This document shows, piece after piece, positions 1 through 7,752 of a stretch of DNA of 32,000 nucleotides; the first letter of the stretch is position 1, and every line of letters begins with the position of its first letter. Source of the DNA: Candidatus Hadarchaeales archaeon (GTDB taxonomy: Archaea; Hadarchaeota; Hadarchaeia; Hadarchaeales; Hadarchaeaceae); contig JAWBCC010000002.1 of assembly GCA_038823825.1 (NCBI GenBank), positions 120,001-152,000 on the forward strand, written 5' to 3'. A model generated the notes under the pieces. It worked only from the letters and a program-made list of their open reading frames with translations. It did no database searches and was not told the origin of the DNA. The position numbers and the translations under genes are program-made.

Positions 1-375
1 TACTTATTCAAGGGTGAGTACATAAGAGCATACAAGATCGAGGAGTGGATTTTGGATGTCCAAACAAATATAGAAAGTTTCTTTGGTGGTTGGGCTGACG
101 ATTCAAGTCCAGAAGAGTATTTCTCAGATATGGCGAGATTCATGGAGGAACTTTTCAGAGTTTCTCGTTCTGCAGCCAAAGTCTGTTTGGTGATCTCCGA
201 CGGTTGTTCGAAGAGGGGTGTTGTGAAAGTGATCGAAAAGGTTTCAGAAATTGCCAAGGATGTTGGCTTCTCCGTGAAGAAGGCGATACTCGTCAATGAA
301 AGATGGTGCACGACGCCATCGAGGCGGAAGCTCGGCAAAGCAGGGGAATATCTACTCATGCTGGAGAAAAAATAA
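1..375 (+). CDS. C-terminal fragment of a probable DNA/RNA methyltransferase (truncated by window start)
   Basis: Frame 1 is open from base 1 (YLFKGEYIRAYKIEEWILDVQTN...). The end ...GFSVKKAILVNERWCTTPSRRKLGKAGEYLLMLEKK resembles the C-terminal strands of N4/N6-type class I methylases. The catalytic motif is outside the window. Confidence 0.5.
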   Translation, partial: YLFKGEYIRAYKIEEWILDVQTNIESFFGGWADDSSPEEYFSDMARFMEELFRVSRSAAKVCLVISDGCSKRGVVKVIEKVSEIAKDVGFSVKKAILVNERWCTTPSRRKLGKAGEYLLMLEKK

Positions 376-411
376 AGAAAGGTTGTGGGATAATCTTTTT
401 CTGGCATCGGT

Positions 412-1200
412 ATGTCCAACTTCGTGTACATTCTTGGTCCGGCCGGCTGTGGAAAATCTACCCTAACAGCCGTGTTATACGAGACTATGAGAGCCGCAGG
501 TCTGGAAGTTTTGTCCGTTAACTTAGACCCTGGAGCCGAGTGGCTTCCATATACGCCCGAGATAGACATAAGAAAGGATATCTCACTTCGCGAGGTAATG
601 AGGGAGTTCAGGCTCGGACCGAATGGTGCTCTCGTAGTCTCTGTAGATCTCATCGTCGACCATATTCCAAAAATTAGAGAGATTATCTCAAAATGGAACC
701 CCGACTACGTGTTGGTGGACACTCCGGGACAAATGGAGCTATTCGCGTTCAGGGATACCGGTCCAATGGTCGTGCGTGCCTTTACCGAGAAAGGTACTCC
801 TCTAATTCTCTTTCTAATCGATGCATTTCTGGCCCGCAGCCCGAGCTCTTTCATATCGATGTTAATGCTTTCGACATCGGTTCTAAGCCGTTTCAGGGTA
901 GCACAGCTGAACGTTCTGACAAAGGCAGATTTGCTCGACGAAAAAACCGTGGAGGAGATATCAGACTGGGTGAACAGAAAAGATGCTCTTTTAGAAAAGC
1001 TCGAAAGTGAGGAAAATCCACTGAACAGAGAGAACACAAAAATGATATTGGAGGCTGTAGAGAAGATGGGCCTAGCAGGAGAGCTGCTTCCGATTTCCGC
1101 AACTGAGAATAAAGGAATTGTTGAACTCGTGAGCTTGATCGAGAGAAGTTTTGCGGCAGAAACACGTCTGGACGTTCAAGAGGAGGTGGAAAAGTTTTGA
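412..1200 (+). CDS. GPN-loop GTPase (archaeal ATP/GTP-binding protein)
   Basis: Walker A GPAGCGKST, the GPN motif in RLGPNGALVVSVD, DTPGQMELF switch region, and NVLTKADL motif. Confidence 0.93.
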   Translation: MSNFVYILGPAGCGKSTLTAVLYETMRAAGLEVLSVNLDPGAEWLPYTPEIDIRKDISLREVMREFRLGPNGALVVSVDLIVDHIPKIREIISKWNPDYVLVDTPGQMELFAFRDTGPMVVRAFTEKGTPLILFLIDAFLARSPSSFISMLMLSTSVLSRFRVAQLNVLTKADLLDEKTVEEISDWVNRKDALLEKLESEENPLNRENTKMILEAVEKMGLAGELLPISATENKGIVELVSLIERSFAAETRLDVQEEVEKF

Positions 1201-2324
1201 CTCGGCTTGAAAAGTTTGTCGGTGGCATGATCGGCGCCGCAGTCGGCGACGCGACCGGCAGACCTTTTGAAGGCTCTGCATCGGTCACAAAAGAAGAGAT
1301 AGAAAAAATGATCTCATCCTCTTCGGTTTTGACAGTCACAGATGACACGCTGATGTCGCTAGATGTTGCAAGATCGATCGTGGAAAAAGGTAAAGTGGAC
1401 CCAGATGATCTCATCGAAAAATTCGTTCTGAGTTATGACCCAGCCCGTGGTTACGGTATCACCACAACATTGGTTTTGGAAAAAGTGAAGAATGGGGCAG
1501 ATTGGAGAGAAGTAACCAGAAAAGTGGCTGAAGGAGGTTCTTGGGGAAACGGAGCAGCCATGCGTGTCTTGCCAGTTGGACTTTTCTTTTGCGATGATAT
1601 GACTGCCCTTTTCGAGGCAGCCGAGCAGTCGAGCATTGTCACACACTTTCATCCGCTCGCAGTTGAGGGTGCAAAGCTTCAGGCAAAAGCCGTTGCTCTT
1701 GCCGCCACCACGGATTTTTCGGAGTTCGACAGATTTGATTTCCTGAACTCTCTCGTCGAAGGTCTAAACTCTGAAGCCTACGTGGAGAAGCTAAAAAAGA
1801 TTGAGGAGTTCTTAAAGCATGGAGCCTCTAAGAAAGAAGTAGTGTCTCAGTTAGGGAACGGAAGCGAGGCTCTGAACTCCGTCCCAACTGCGATTTATAC
1901 GTTTTTGGCAAACGCCGGAGATTTCAGGGCAACGATTTTGCAAGCGGTCTCGCTCGGTGGCGATGCCGACACCATTGCAAGCATGAGTGGTGGAATAGCA
2001 GGAACTCTTCTAGGTATACACAAAATACCGGAGGAGTGGACGAAAAAACTTGAGATGCGAGAGGAGATCGAAAAGGTTGCAAAAGATCTCTTCTTCTCTC
2101 ACGTGCGAAAGGTTCTTGGAGAGAGGTGTGAAATCTGTTTAAGCGAAGAAGCCGTCGAGGTCTGCAAACTCGATGAGGAAGCCGGCAACGATGTCTCTAA
2201 CTTCATTCTTCTCTGTCGCACTTGCCGCAGGGAAATGGAAAGAGAAAAGGAGGAGTTCTTCGCAAAACCCAGAAAGTACGGGAAGTATCGTGCAATTTAC
2301 AGGAAGGCGCATAAGAGAAAATGA
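1197..2324 (+). CDS. ADP-ribosylglycohydrolase family protein with C-terminal zinc-finger/HNH-like extension
   Basis: ARH motifs GDATGRPFEG, TDDT, GNGAAMRVLPVG and GGDADTIASMSGGIAGTLLG. The C-terminus has CEIC...N-x-ILLCRTC. It starts at TTG, overlapping the upstream stop (TTGA). Confidence 0.9.
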   Translation: MTRLEKFVGGMIGAAVGDATGRPFEGSASVTKEEIEKMISSSSVLTVTDDTLMSLDVARSIVEKGKVDPDDLIEKFVLSYDPARGYGITTTLVLEKVKNGADWREVTRKVAEGGSWGNGAAMRVLPVGLFFCDDMTALFEAAEQSSIVTHFHPLAVEGAKLQAKAVALAATTDFSEFDRFDFLNSLVEGLNSEAYVEKLKKIEEFLKHGASKKEVVSQLGNGSEALNSVPTAIYTFLANAGDFRATILQAVSLGGDADTIASMSGGIAGTLLGIHKIPEEWTKKLEMREEIEKVAKDLFFSHVRKVLGERCEICLSEEAVEVCKLDEEAGNDVSNFILLCRTCRREMEREKEEFFAKPRKYGKYRAIYRKAHKRK

Positions 2325-2344
2325 ACAACTAAAATCGATGAGAT

Positions 2345-3163
2345 ATGCGCATGGGGAAAGATTGCCCAAGATGTCTCAGATGGCTTGCCAAGCTAACAGT
2401 AGATTTAGCCTCTCATGACCCCAATCTGAAAAAGGAAATGATGAGAATGGCTGAGGAAATAATTTCGAGCTATCCACCCTCATCGGTTCCGTCTGATGTT
2501 TCCAACGAATTTCTCAAGATGATTTATAGAGTATCCAGAAACCCGGATCCGTTCAGAGAAAGAAAGATTGAGGAAATGAAAAGAGCGAAAGAGATAGTCG
2601 CTAAATTCGGTGAGTTGCGTGACTTGAAAAAACTCGTTGAGGTGGCGGCGATCGGAAACTCGCTTGACTTCTTTTTGCCTGTTTCCTCCTTGGAAAGAGC
2701 GGTAATAGAAAAAATCGAATTCGCGCTGGACGATAGGGATGAACTTGAGCGCAGGTTAGAAAAAGCAAATAAGGTTCTTTACATCGCCGACAATGCAGGG
2801 GAAGTTTTCTTTGATATACCATTTTTGAAATTCTTGTCGGAAAGGGCGCATGTTTACTACGCTGTTAAGGAAAAACCGATTCAAAACGATTTGTCCATGA
2901 TTGATTTAAAGGGAGTGGAAATACCAGCTGAGGTTATACCCTCTTCTCCAACTGTTGGAGTTTACCTTTCGCTGGCGAAAGATTCCTTTAAGCAGGCTTT
3001 CAACTCTGCCGATATAATCATCTCCAAAGGAATGGGAAATTATGAAACGCTCTCGGAACTCGATCTCGGCAACAGATGTTTTTACATTCTTAGAGCCAAA
3101 TGTCGTCCAGTTGCGGAATCGCTCGGGGTGGAGAAAGGAAGCTATGTAGCCGCATTCGTATAA
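2345..3163 (+). CDS. DUF89/ARMT1-like family protein (putative damage-control phosphatase)
   Basis: N-terminal CPRCL, the YIADNAGEVFFDIPFL motif, and IISKGMGNYETLSE are characteristic of the archaeal DUF89 family. Confidence 0.82.
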   Translation: MRMGKDCPRCLRWLAKLTVDLASHDPNLKKEMMRMAEEIISSYPPSSVPSDVSNEFLKMIYRVSRNPDPFRERKIEEMKRAKEIVAKFGELRDLKKLVEVAAIGNSLDFFLPVSSLERAVIEKIEFALDDRDELERRLEKANKVLYIADNAGEVFFDIPFLKFLSERAHVYYAVKEKPIQNDLSMIDLKGVEIPAEVIPSSPTVGVYLSLAKDSFKQAFNSADIIISKGMGNYETLSELDLGNRCFYILRAKCRPVAESLGVEKGSYVAAFV

Positions 3164-3169
3164 GTCTAT

Positions 3170-3192
3170 AAATTTAGGATTCACCTAAATTT
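3170..3192. promoter_or_regulatory. Candidate DtxR-family operator overlapping a TATA-like box
   Basis: Perfect 9-bp inverted repeat AAATTTAGG (3170-3178) / ATTCA / CCTAAATTT (3184-3192), next to CTATAAAT (3166-3173) and immediately upstream of a DtxR-family gene. Confidence 0.7.
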
Positions 3193-3642
3193 TTGGAGAT
3201 TATGGGAGTTATACAGCTAACGGAGAATGAAGTAAAATACCTGAAGGAGATATACAGGCGACGTTGCGAGGACTTTCAGAGTGTTCGTACTTCCCAGCTG
3301 GCGAAATCTCTTGGGGTCAATCCGGCTACGGTGACGGAAGTCATCCAGAGCCTTTCAAGAAAAAACCTCCTTAAATACAGGCGTTATCGCGAAGTAAAGC
3401 TCACGATGGCCGGCATACGGGAGGCCAGGAAGCTTCTTAGAAAGCATAGACTACTAGAAATTCTCTTTGTCGGGCAGTTGGGGTGTGATGTCCGGACGGC
3501 TTGTAAAGAAGCATCCAAGTTGGATTATAGGGTCTCGATGGAAATCATTAATGCGATCTGCAGGCTTAACAATCATCCAACGGTTTGTCCATGTGGGAAG
3601 GAGATTTTTGAGGATTCGCGGTGTAGGAGGATCTCAAAATGA
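3193..3642 (+). CDS. DtxR/MntR-family metal-dependent transcriptional regulator (start TTG 3193 or ATG 3202)
   Basis: N-terminal winged helix (LAKSLGVNPATVTEVIQSLSRKNLLKYRRYREVKLTMAG), KHRLLEILF, and C-terminal NNHPTVCPCGKEI, which matches the DtxR-family HP-x-CPHG region. Confidence 0.85.
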   Translation: MEIMGVIQLTENEVKYLKEIYRRRCEDFQSVRTSQLAKSLGVNPATVTEVIQSLSRKNLLKYRRYREVKLTMAGIREARKLLRKHRLLEILFVGQLGCDVRTACKEASKLDYRVSMEIINAICRLNNHPTVCPCGKEIFEDSRCRRISK

Positions 3643-4385
3643 TCAAAATTTTATGGATTTTGTTGATGACATTCATAATAAGCCTGATATCTTTCGTTGG
3701 CGCAATTACTTTGATTTTATCTGAAAAGTTGTTGAAGAGGCTTCTTCTTGTGCTAGTTGGGTTTGCCGCCGGAGCACTTATCGGTGGAGCATTTTTTCAC
3801 CTGCTCCCGGAAGCGATAGAAGCTGAAACTTTGGGTTCGGAAACAGTATTTTCATTTCTAGTCTTTGGCTTTGTTTTGTTTTTGATTCTAGAAAAATTGC
3901 TCTGGCGACATTGCCACGACAGAGCTTGTCCAATTCATACTTTCGCTTACCTCAATCTGCTTGGAGACGGTGTTCATAACTTCATTGACGGTTTAATCAT
4001 TGCCGGTAGTTTTGCTGTCAGCATCCCGCTCGGTCTGACTTCCTCTTTTGCCGTAGCAGCTCATGAAATTCCTCAAGAGATGGGGGATTTTGGTGTGATA
4101 GTTTACGGCGGGATCAAACCACGTCGAGCTCTTTTTCTCAATTTTTTGTCGGCGCTCACAGCTGTAGCCGGAGGTTTAGCTGGATACTTCTTTCTTCCAT
4201 ACCTTGGTGATGCCAAAGTTTTGCTTCTTTCCTTTGCCGCTGGAGGTTTTCTCTATATAGCTGCATCTGATTTGGTTCCCGAACTGCACAAAGAAACAGA
4301 CAAATTCAACACCATCGTTTCCTTCTCATTATTTTTGCTTGGTCTTCTCCTTATGGGGATTCTCAGGTTCGTTTTTCATCATTGA
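3639..4385 (+). CDS. ZIP-family divalent metal transporter
   Basis: Multi-TM protein with HNFIDGLIIAGSF and HEIPQEMGDFGV, typical ZIP TM4/TM5 metal-site motifs. Overlaps the regulator stop. Confidence 0.92.
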   Translation: MIKILWILLMTFIISLISFVGAITLILSEKLLKRLLLVLVGFAAGALIGGAFFHLLPEAIEAETLGSETVFSFLVFGFVLFLILEKLLWRHCHDRACPIHTFAYLNLLGDGVHNFIDGLIIAGSFAVSIPLGLTSSFAVAAHEIPQEMGDFGVIVYGGIKPRRALFLNFLSALTAVAGGLAGYFFLPYLGDAKVLLLSFAAGGFLYIAASDLVPELHKETDKFNTIVSFSLFLLGLLLMGILRFVFHH

Positions 4386-4422
4386 AAAGCATTTTTAAGG
4401 GTTTCAGGATGAGTTTTACCAT

Positions 4423-4728
4423 ATGCACATAGAAAAAACGTGTGAAGGAGATATACACAGGTACGAGTGCTGGAATTCTTCTTCAGTAATAGCCGTAGCT
4501 ATCGTTCGTGAGGACGAAAGCGTCCACATATTAGAGATAAACGTCAATAGGGAGTGGCGTGGACATGGAATCGGTTCCTGGCTCCTAAAGGTGATAAAAG
4601 ATGATTTCAATGGTAAGAGGATAACTGTAGAGGTTTTTAGGGAAAGAGAAAGTTGGTATGAAAAGAACGGATTCAGACGCGTTGGCGAGAAGGGCCATCT
4701 GATCGTCATGGAGTTTGCCGGATTCTAG
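4423..4728 (+). CDS. GNAT-family N-acetyltransferase
   Basis: LEINVNREWRGHGIGSWLLKVIKDD (RGxGIG acetyl-CoA loop) and YEKNGFRRVGEKGHLIVMEF. Confidence 0.85.
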   Translation: MHIEKTCEGDIHRYECWNSSSVIAVAIVREDESVHILEINVNREWRGHGIGSWLLKVIKDDFNGKRITVEVFRERESWYEKNGFRRVGEKGHLIVMEFAGF

Positions 4729-4738
4729 CAGATGCTTT

Positions 4739-5167
4739 TTAACATGTCTCGTTTGATTTAATGAATCTAATCTTATTCTCTTTGATCCTGCGAATTAAAT
4801 CGAGAACTCTACTTTTTATTTCGTCACGGATTTTCCTAGCCTCTCGTAAAGGCATTCTTGCTGGATCTGGTAGATTCCATTTCTCAACATGCTTTGCGAA
4901 AACTACTGGACATGTATATCCGCTGCAGACGATTATCGCAACATCAACACCGCGCTGAATGTCAATCGTGAGTAGCCTTGGTTTTTTTCCACTAATGTCT
5001 ATTTCCTCCTCAAGCATGAGTTTGAGCGCATTGGGATGAATTTCATCTGCAGGTTCTAAACCCGCACTTATCGCCCTCCACCCTTTCGGTGCATATTTAT
5101 TGAAATATGCCTCAGCAATTTGGCTTCTGAATCTGTTTTCAGTACATATGAAGAGAACTACTCTCAA
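4739..5167 (-). CDS. Low-molecular-weight phosphatase / arsenate reductase (ArsC-thioredoxin type)-like protein
   Basis: N-terminal VVLFICTENRFRSQIAEAYF (CX5R-S loop), AISAGLEPADEIHPNAL, and VEKWNLPDP. Confidence 0.82.
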   Translation of the reverse strand: MRVVLFICTENRFRSQIAEAYFNKYAPKGWRAISAGLEPADEIHPNALKLMLEEEIDISGKKPRLLTIDIQRGVDVAIIVCSGYTCPVVFAKHVEKWNLPDPARMPLREARKIRDEIKSRVLDLIRRIKENKIRFIKSNETC

Positions 5168-5263
5168 TCTCCACCAATCCTCCTTTTTCAGATTTCTTCA
5201 TAAACATGTGTCTATAACTAGACGAAAGTCAAAATAATGGTTGTGGGGAGCCGAGAAAAACTC

Positions 5264-5340
5264 GGGCCCGTAGTCTAGCCTGGATAGGACGCAGGCCTGC
5301 GGAGCCTGTGACCGGGGTTCGAATCCCCGCGGGCCCGCCA
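5264..5340 (+). tRNA. tRNA-Arg(GCG), encoded CCA (5338-5340)
   Basis: Acceptor GGGCCCG/CGGGCCC, D-arm GTCT...GGAC, anticodon arm CAGGC-CTGCGGA-GCCTG, T-arm CGGGG-TTCGAAT-CCCCG, discriminator G, CCA. Confidence 0.96.
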
Positions 5341-5348
5341 GAAAAATT

Positions 5349-6407
5349 TTATTTGCTCTTTTCCTCAAGATAAACAACTCTAGTCGGATACGGAATGACA
5401 ATTCCCTCTTTTTTGTAACGTTTGTAGAGTTCCTTCATGAACTCATGCGTTAGTGGGAACTGTTGCTTGAATTCTTTAACCCTCAAAACCACGTTGAAAT
5501 TTATTCCCGATTCTCCAAAAGAAGTGTATCTCAGCAACGGTTTGAAACCTGACAACTTGATCCCGAGTTTTTTCATAACATCCTCGGCTACCTCCAAGGT
5601 CACTCTCTCGACTTTTTCGAGATCACTTCCGTAGCTAACGGTGACAGGAATCACAAAATTCATTTCCGTTTGGGGCTCTGAGTAATTTTTAATGATGGAC
5701 GAGACAAGCTTCGAGTTGGGTATTATTATGACGTTGTCCGGAAGCTCTTTTATCTTGGTTGACCTCCATCCAATGTCGACCACATATCCTCTCTGTCCAG
5801 TCTCAAGCTCGATGAAATCCCCGATTTTTATAGGATGTTCGGAGATGATGTACATTCCAGCAAAAAACTGAGAGAGAGTTTCTTGAAGGGCGAAGGCGAC
5901 TGCTATCCCAGCTATTCCCAGTCCGGCGACGAGCGCGGTCACATTTACTCCAAGTATGTGGAGAACGAGTATGAACGCGATAACATAGACGAAAATGTTC
6001 ACTAGTTTTGAGAAAATAGGTATTGCTCCTTTCAGGGAAGGTTTCTGACTAGCGTAATGAGAAAGAAGTCTTCCTATCGCTTTCGTCACAATGGATGCCG
6101 AAATAACGACTATGAGGACCAAGATAAGAAGAGAGATGTAATTTCTGATGTTTTCAGAAAACAGCGCCTCGCGCCATAGAATAAAATGGAGCCCAACTAG
6201 CGAGAAAACGGTCAAAATCGCCAGCCTAATTTTTTTGATGATTATTTCTTCTACTTCCCGTCTACTTTTTCTCCAGATCAGTCGCAGGGCTGCTCCAAGC
6301 AGAAACGTGAAAATGTAGCCCGCAGCTAGGAAAGTAGCGAATATGACGATAAGCCTTATCCACCCTCCAATATAACCGAGCCACTCCACTATTTTCTCGA
6401 GCATCAT
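5349..6407 (-). CDS. MscS-family mechanosensitive ion channel
   Basis: Four N-terminal TMs, then the MscS core: GLGIAGIAVAFALQETLSQFFAGMYIISEHPIKIGDFIELETGQRGYVVDIGWRSTKIKELPDNVIIIPNSKL. Confidence 0.93.
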   Translation of the reverse strand: MMLEKIVEWLGYIGGWIRLIVIFATFLAAGYIFTFLLGAALRLIWRKSRREVEEIIIKKIRLAILTVFSLVGLHFILWREALFSENIRNYISLLILVLIVVISASIVTKAIGRLLSHYASQKPSLKGAIPIFSKLVNIFVYVIAFILVLHILGVNVTALVAGLGIAGIAVAFALQETLSQFFAGMYIISEHPIKIGDFIELETGQRGYVVDIGWRSTKIKELPDNVIIIPNSKLVSSIIKNYSEPQTEMNFVIPVTVSYGSDLEKVERVTLEVAEDVMKKLGIKLSGFKPLLRYTSFGESGINFNVVLRVKEFKQQFPLTHEFMKELYKRYKKEGIVIPYPTRVVYLEEKSK

Positions 6408-6495
6408 GCAAATTTTACATCATTGGTTCTCATAAAAAATATGCTGCAGAAACCTTTAAACAGGCGTAGAATAATTTGCAGATTTCGGGAGCAAA

Positions 6496-7752
6496 GTGAA
6501 CCAAGAAAACAGATGGATATATCCTCTGATGGGTTTCATGATAAATCTCCTGCTCGGGACGATATACAGCTGGAGCGTGTTTCGGATTCCACTTGAGGAA
6601 GAGTTAGGGTGGAGCTCCTTTCAGTCATCACTCCCATTTGCGGTTTTCTTGACAAGCTTCGCAATTTTCACACCGATCAGCTGGAAGCTTATAAGAAGGT
6701 TTGGATATACAAAAACTTCCTTAGTTGGTTCGCTTGTCTGCGGAATCGGCTGGCTATTCGGAGCATTTGCGAAATCAAATCCGAACATTCTGATTATTTC
6801 ATCCCTTGTCGCTGGAGCAGGAACGGGAAGCATATATCTTATTCCGATCGCAATCGTAAAACGAAAATTTGCCTCTTATGGAGGTCTGGCGATAGGGATA
6901 GTCGCTATGGGATTTGGATTTTCTCCAGTTCTTATGGCTCCTCTCTCTAGACTGATGATTGTTAAGTTTGGGGTTTTCAGAACTTTCTTCTGGTTAGGGT
7001 CCATGTTTATAGTTTGTTTACCCTTTTTCTTTCTCAACATTACTTCTGGGGAGAACATTGAGCCAGTTCCGAGTGTGTCTTCTAAAAAAGTTTTGAAATC
7101 AGGAAAGTTTTGGATGCTTTGGACATCGCTCGCGCTCGGTACAATCGGTGGGCTTTTGGCAGTGTCTCTGTCCGCAAAGTATGGGCAGGAAGTGATATTT
7201 CTAGATCCTTCCTCCGCCAGCTTTATGACCTCTCTTTTCGCGATTTTCAACGGGCTCGGCGGACCAATCGCTGGATTTATCTGTGACAGATCTGGTGTGA
7301 GATCCGGCGCGATTCTATTTTTCACGATATCTGCTTTTTCTTCAATCTTAGCTTCGCAGGCGACAAATCTTTTTCTGTATGCAATTTCCTTCTCCGCTCT
7401 CTGGTTCGTTTTTGGTGGATGGTTTTCAATATTTCCGTTAGCAACCTCGGAATTTCTCTCCGGAAATTTTGACGAACTTTATAGTTTGGTTTTTACGGGC
7501 TATGGGGTTGGTGCGATTCTCTCCAGCCTGCTGGATTATATGGGAGTAGTTTGGAGCTTTTCTTGGGTCTTCTTCCTGATTTTTGTTCTTTCTCTGGCAG
7601 CAGCAGTGCTTTTTTACAAAATTAGTGGGAAAACATCAAATATGCCGGTGTATGATGTAAATCTGGAGCCCCGTGGTGTAGCGGTCAAGCATGCAGGCCT
7701 TTGGAGCCTGCGACGCCGGTTCGAATCCGGCCGGGGCTACCATGAGGGATGA
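6496..7752 (+). CDS. MFS transporter (OFA-like). The ORF runs through the entire downstream tRNA-Gln gene
   Basis: 12-TM MFS pattern with GTIYSWSVFRIPLEEELGW. The C-terminal PRGVAVKHAGLWSLRRRFESGRGYHEG is translated from tRNA-Gln sequence. Confidence 0.88.
   Translation: MNQENRWIYPLMGFMINLLLGTIYSWSVFRIPLEEELGWSSFQSSLPFAVFLTSFAIFTPISWKLIRRFGYTKTSLVGSLVCGIGWLFGAFAKSNPNILIISSLVAGAGTGSIYLIPIAIVKRKFASYGGLAIGIVAMGFGFSPVLMAPLSRLMIVKFGVFRTFFWLGSMFIVCLPFFFLNITSGENIEPVPSVSSKKVLKSGKFWMLWTSLALGTIGGLLAVSLSAKYGQEVIFLDPSSASFMTSLFAIFNGLGGPIAGFICDRSGVRSGAILFFTISAFSSILASQATNLFLYAISFSALWFVFGGWFSIFPLATSEFLSGNFDELYSLVFTGYGVGAILSSLLDYMGVVWSFSWVFFLIFVLSLAAAVLFYKISGKTSNMPVYDVNLEPRGVAVKHAGLWSLRRRFESGRGYHEG
7667..7742 (+). 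tRNA. tRNA-Gln(TTG), encoded CCA (7740-7742)
   Basis: Acceptor AGCCCCG/CGGGGCT, anticodon arm CAGGC-CTTTGGA-GCCTG, T-arm GCCGG-TTCGAAT-CCGGC, discriminator A, CCA. Confidence 0.96.

Noticed and set aside
893-1414. Long opposite-strand ORFs such as 893..1414, 14046..14243, 16147..16791, 24927..25460, 28734..29081 and 30519..30992
   Set aside because: All are antisense to strongly supported genes and have Ser/Leu/Pro-rich shadow composition with no recognisable family motifs.
5198-5401. 67-aa minus-strand ORF across tRNA-Arg
   Set aside because: It is mostly antisense tRNA translation (GPRGFEPRSQAPQACVLSRLDYG), a common annotation artefact.
5264-7742. Near-identical anticodon arms in tRNA-Arg and tRNA-Gln (CAGGCCTGCGGAGCCTG vs CAGGCCTTTGGAGCCTG), suggesting anticodon switching
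   Set aside because: The acceptor stems differ and the arm sequence is common in archaeal tRNAs, so recent conversion is not supported.
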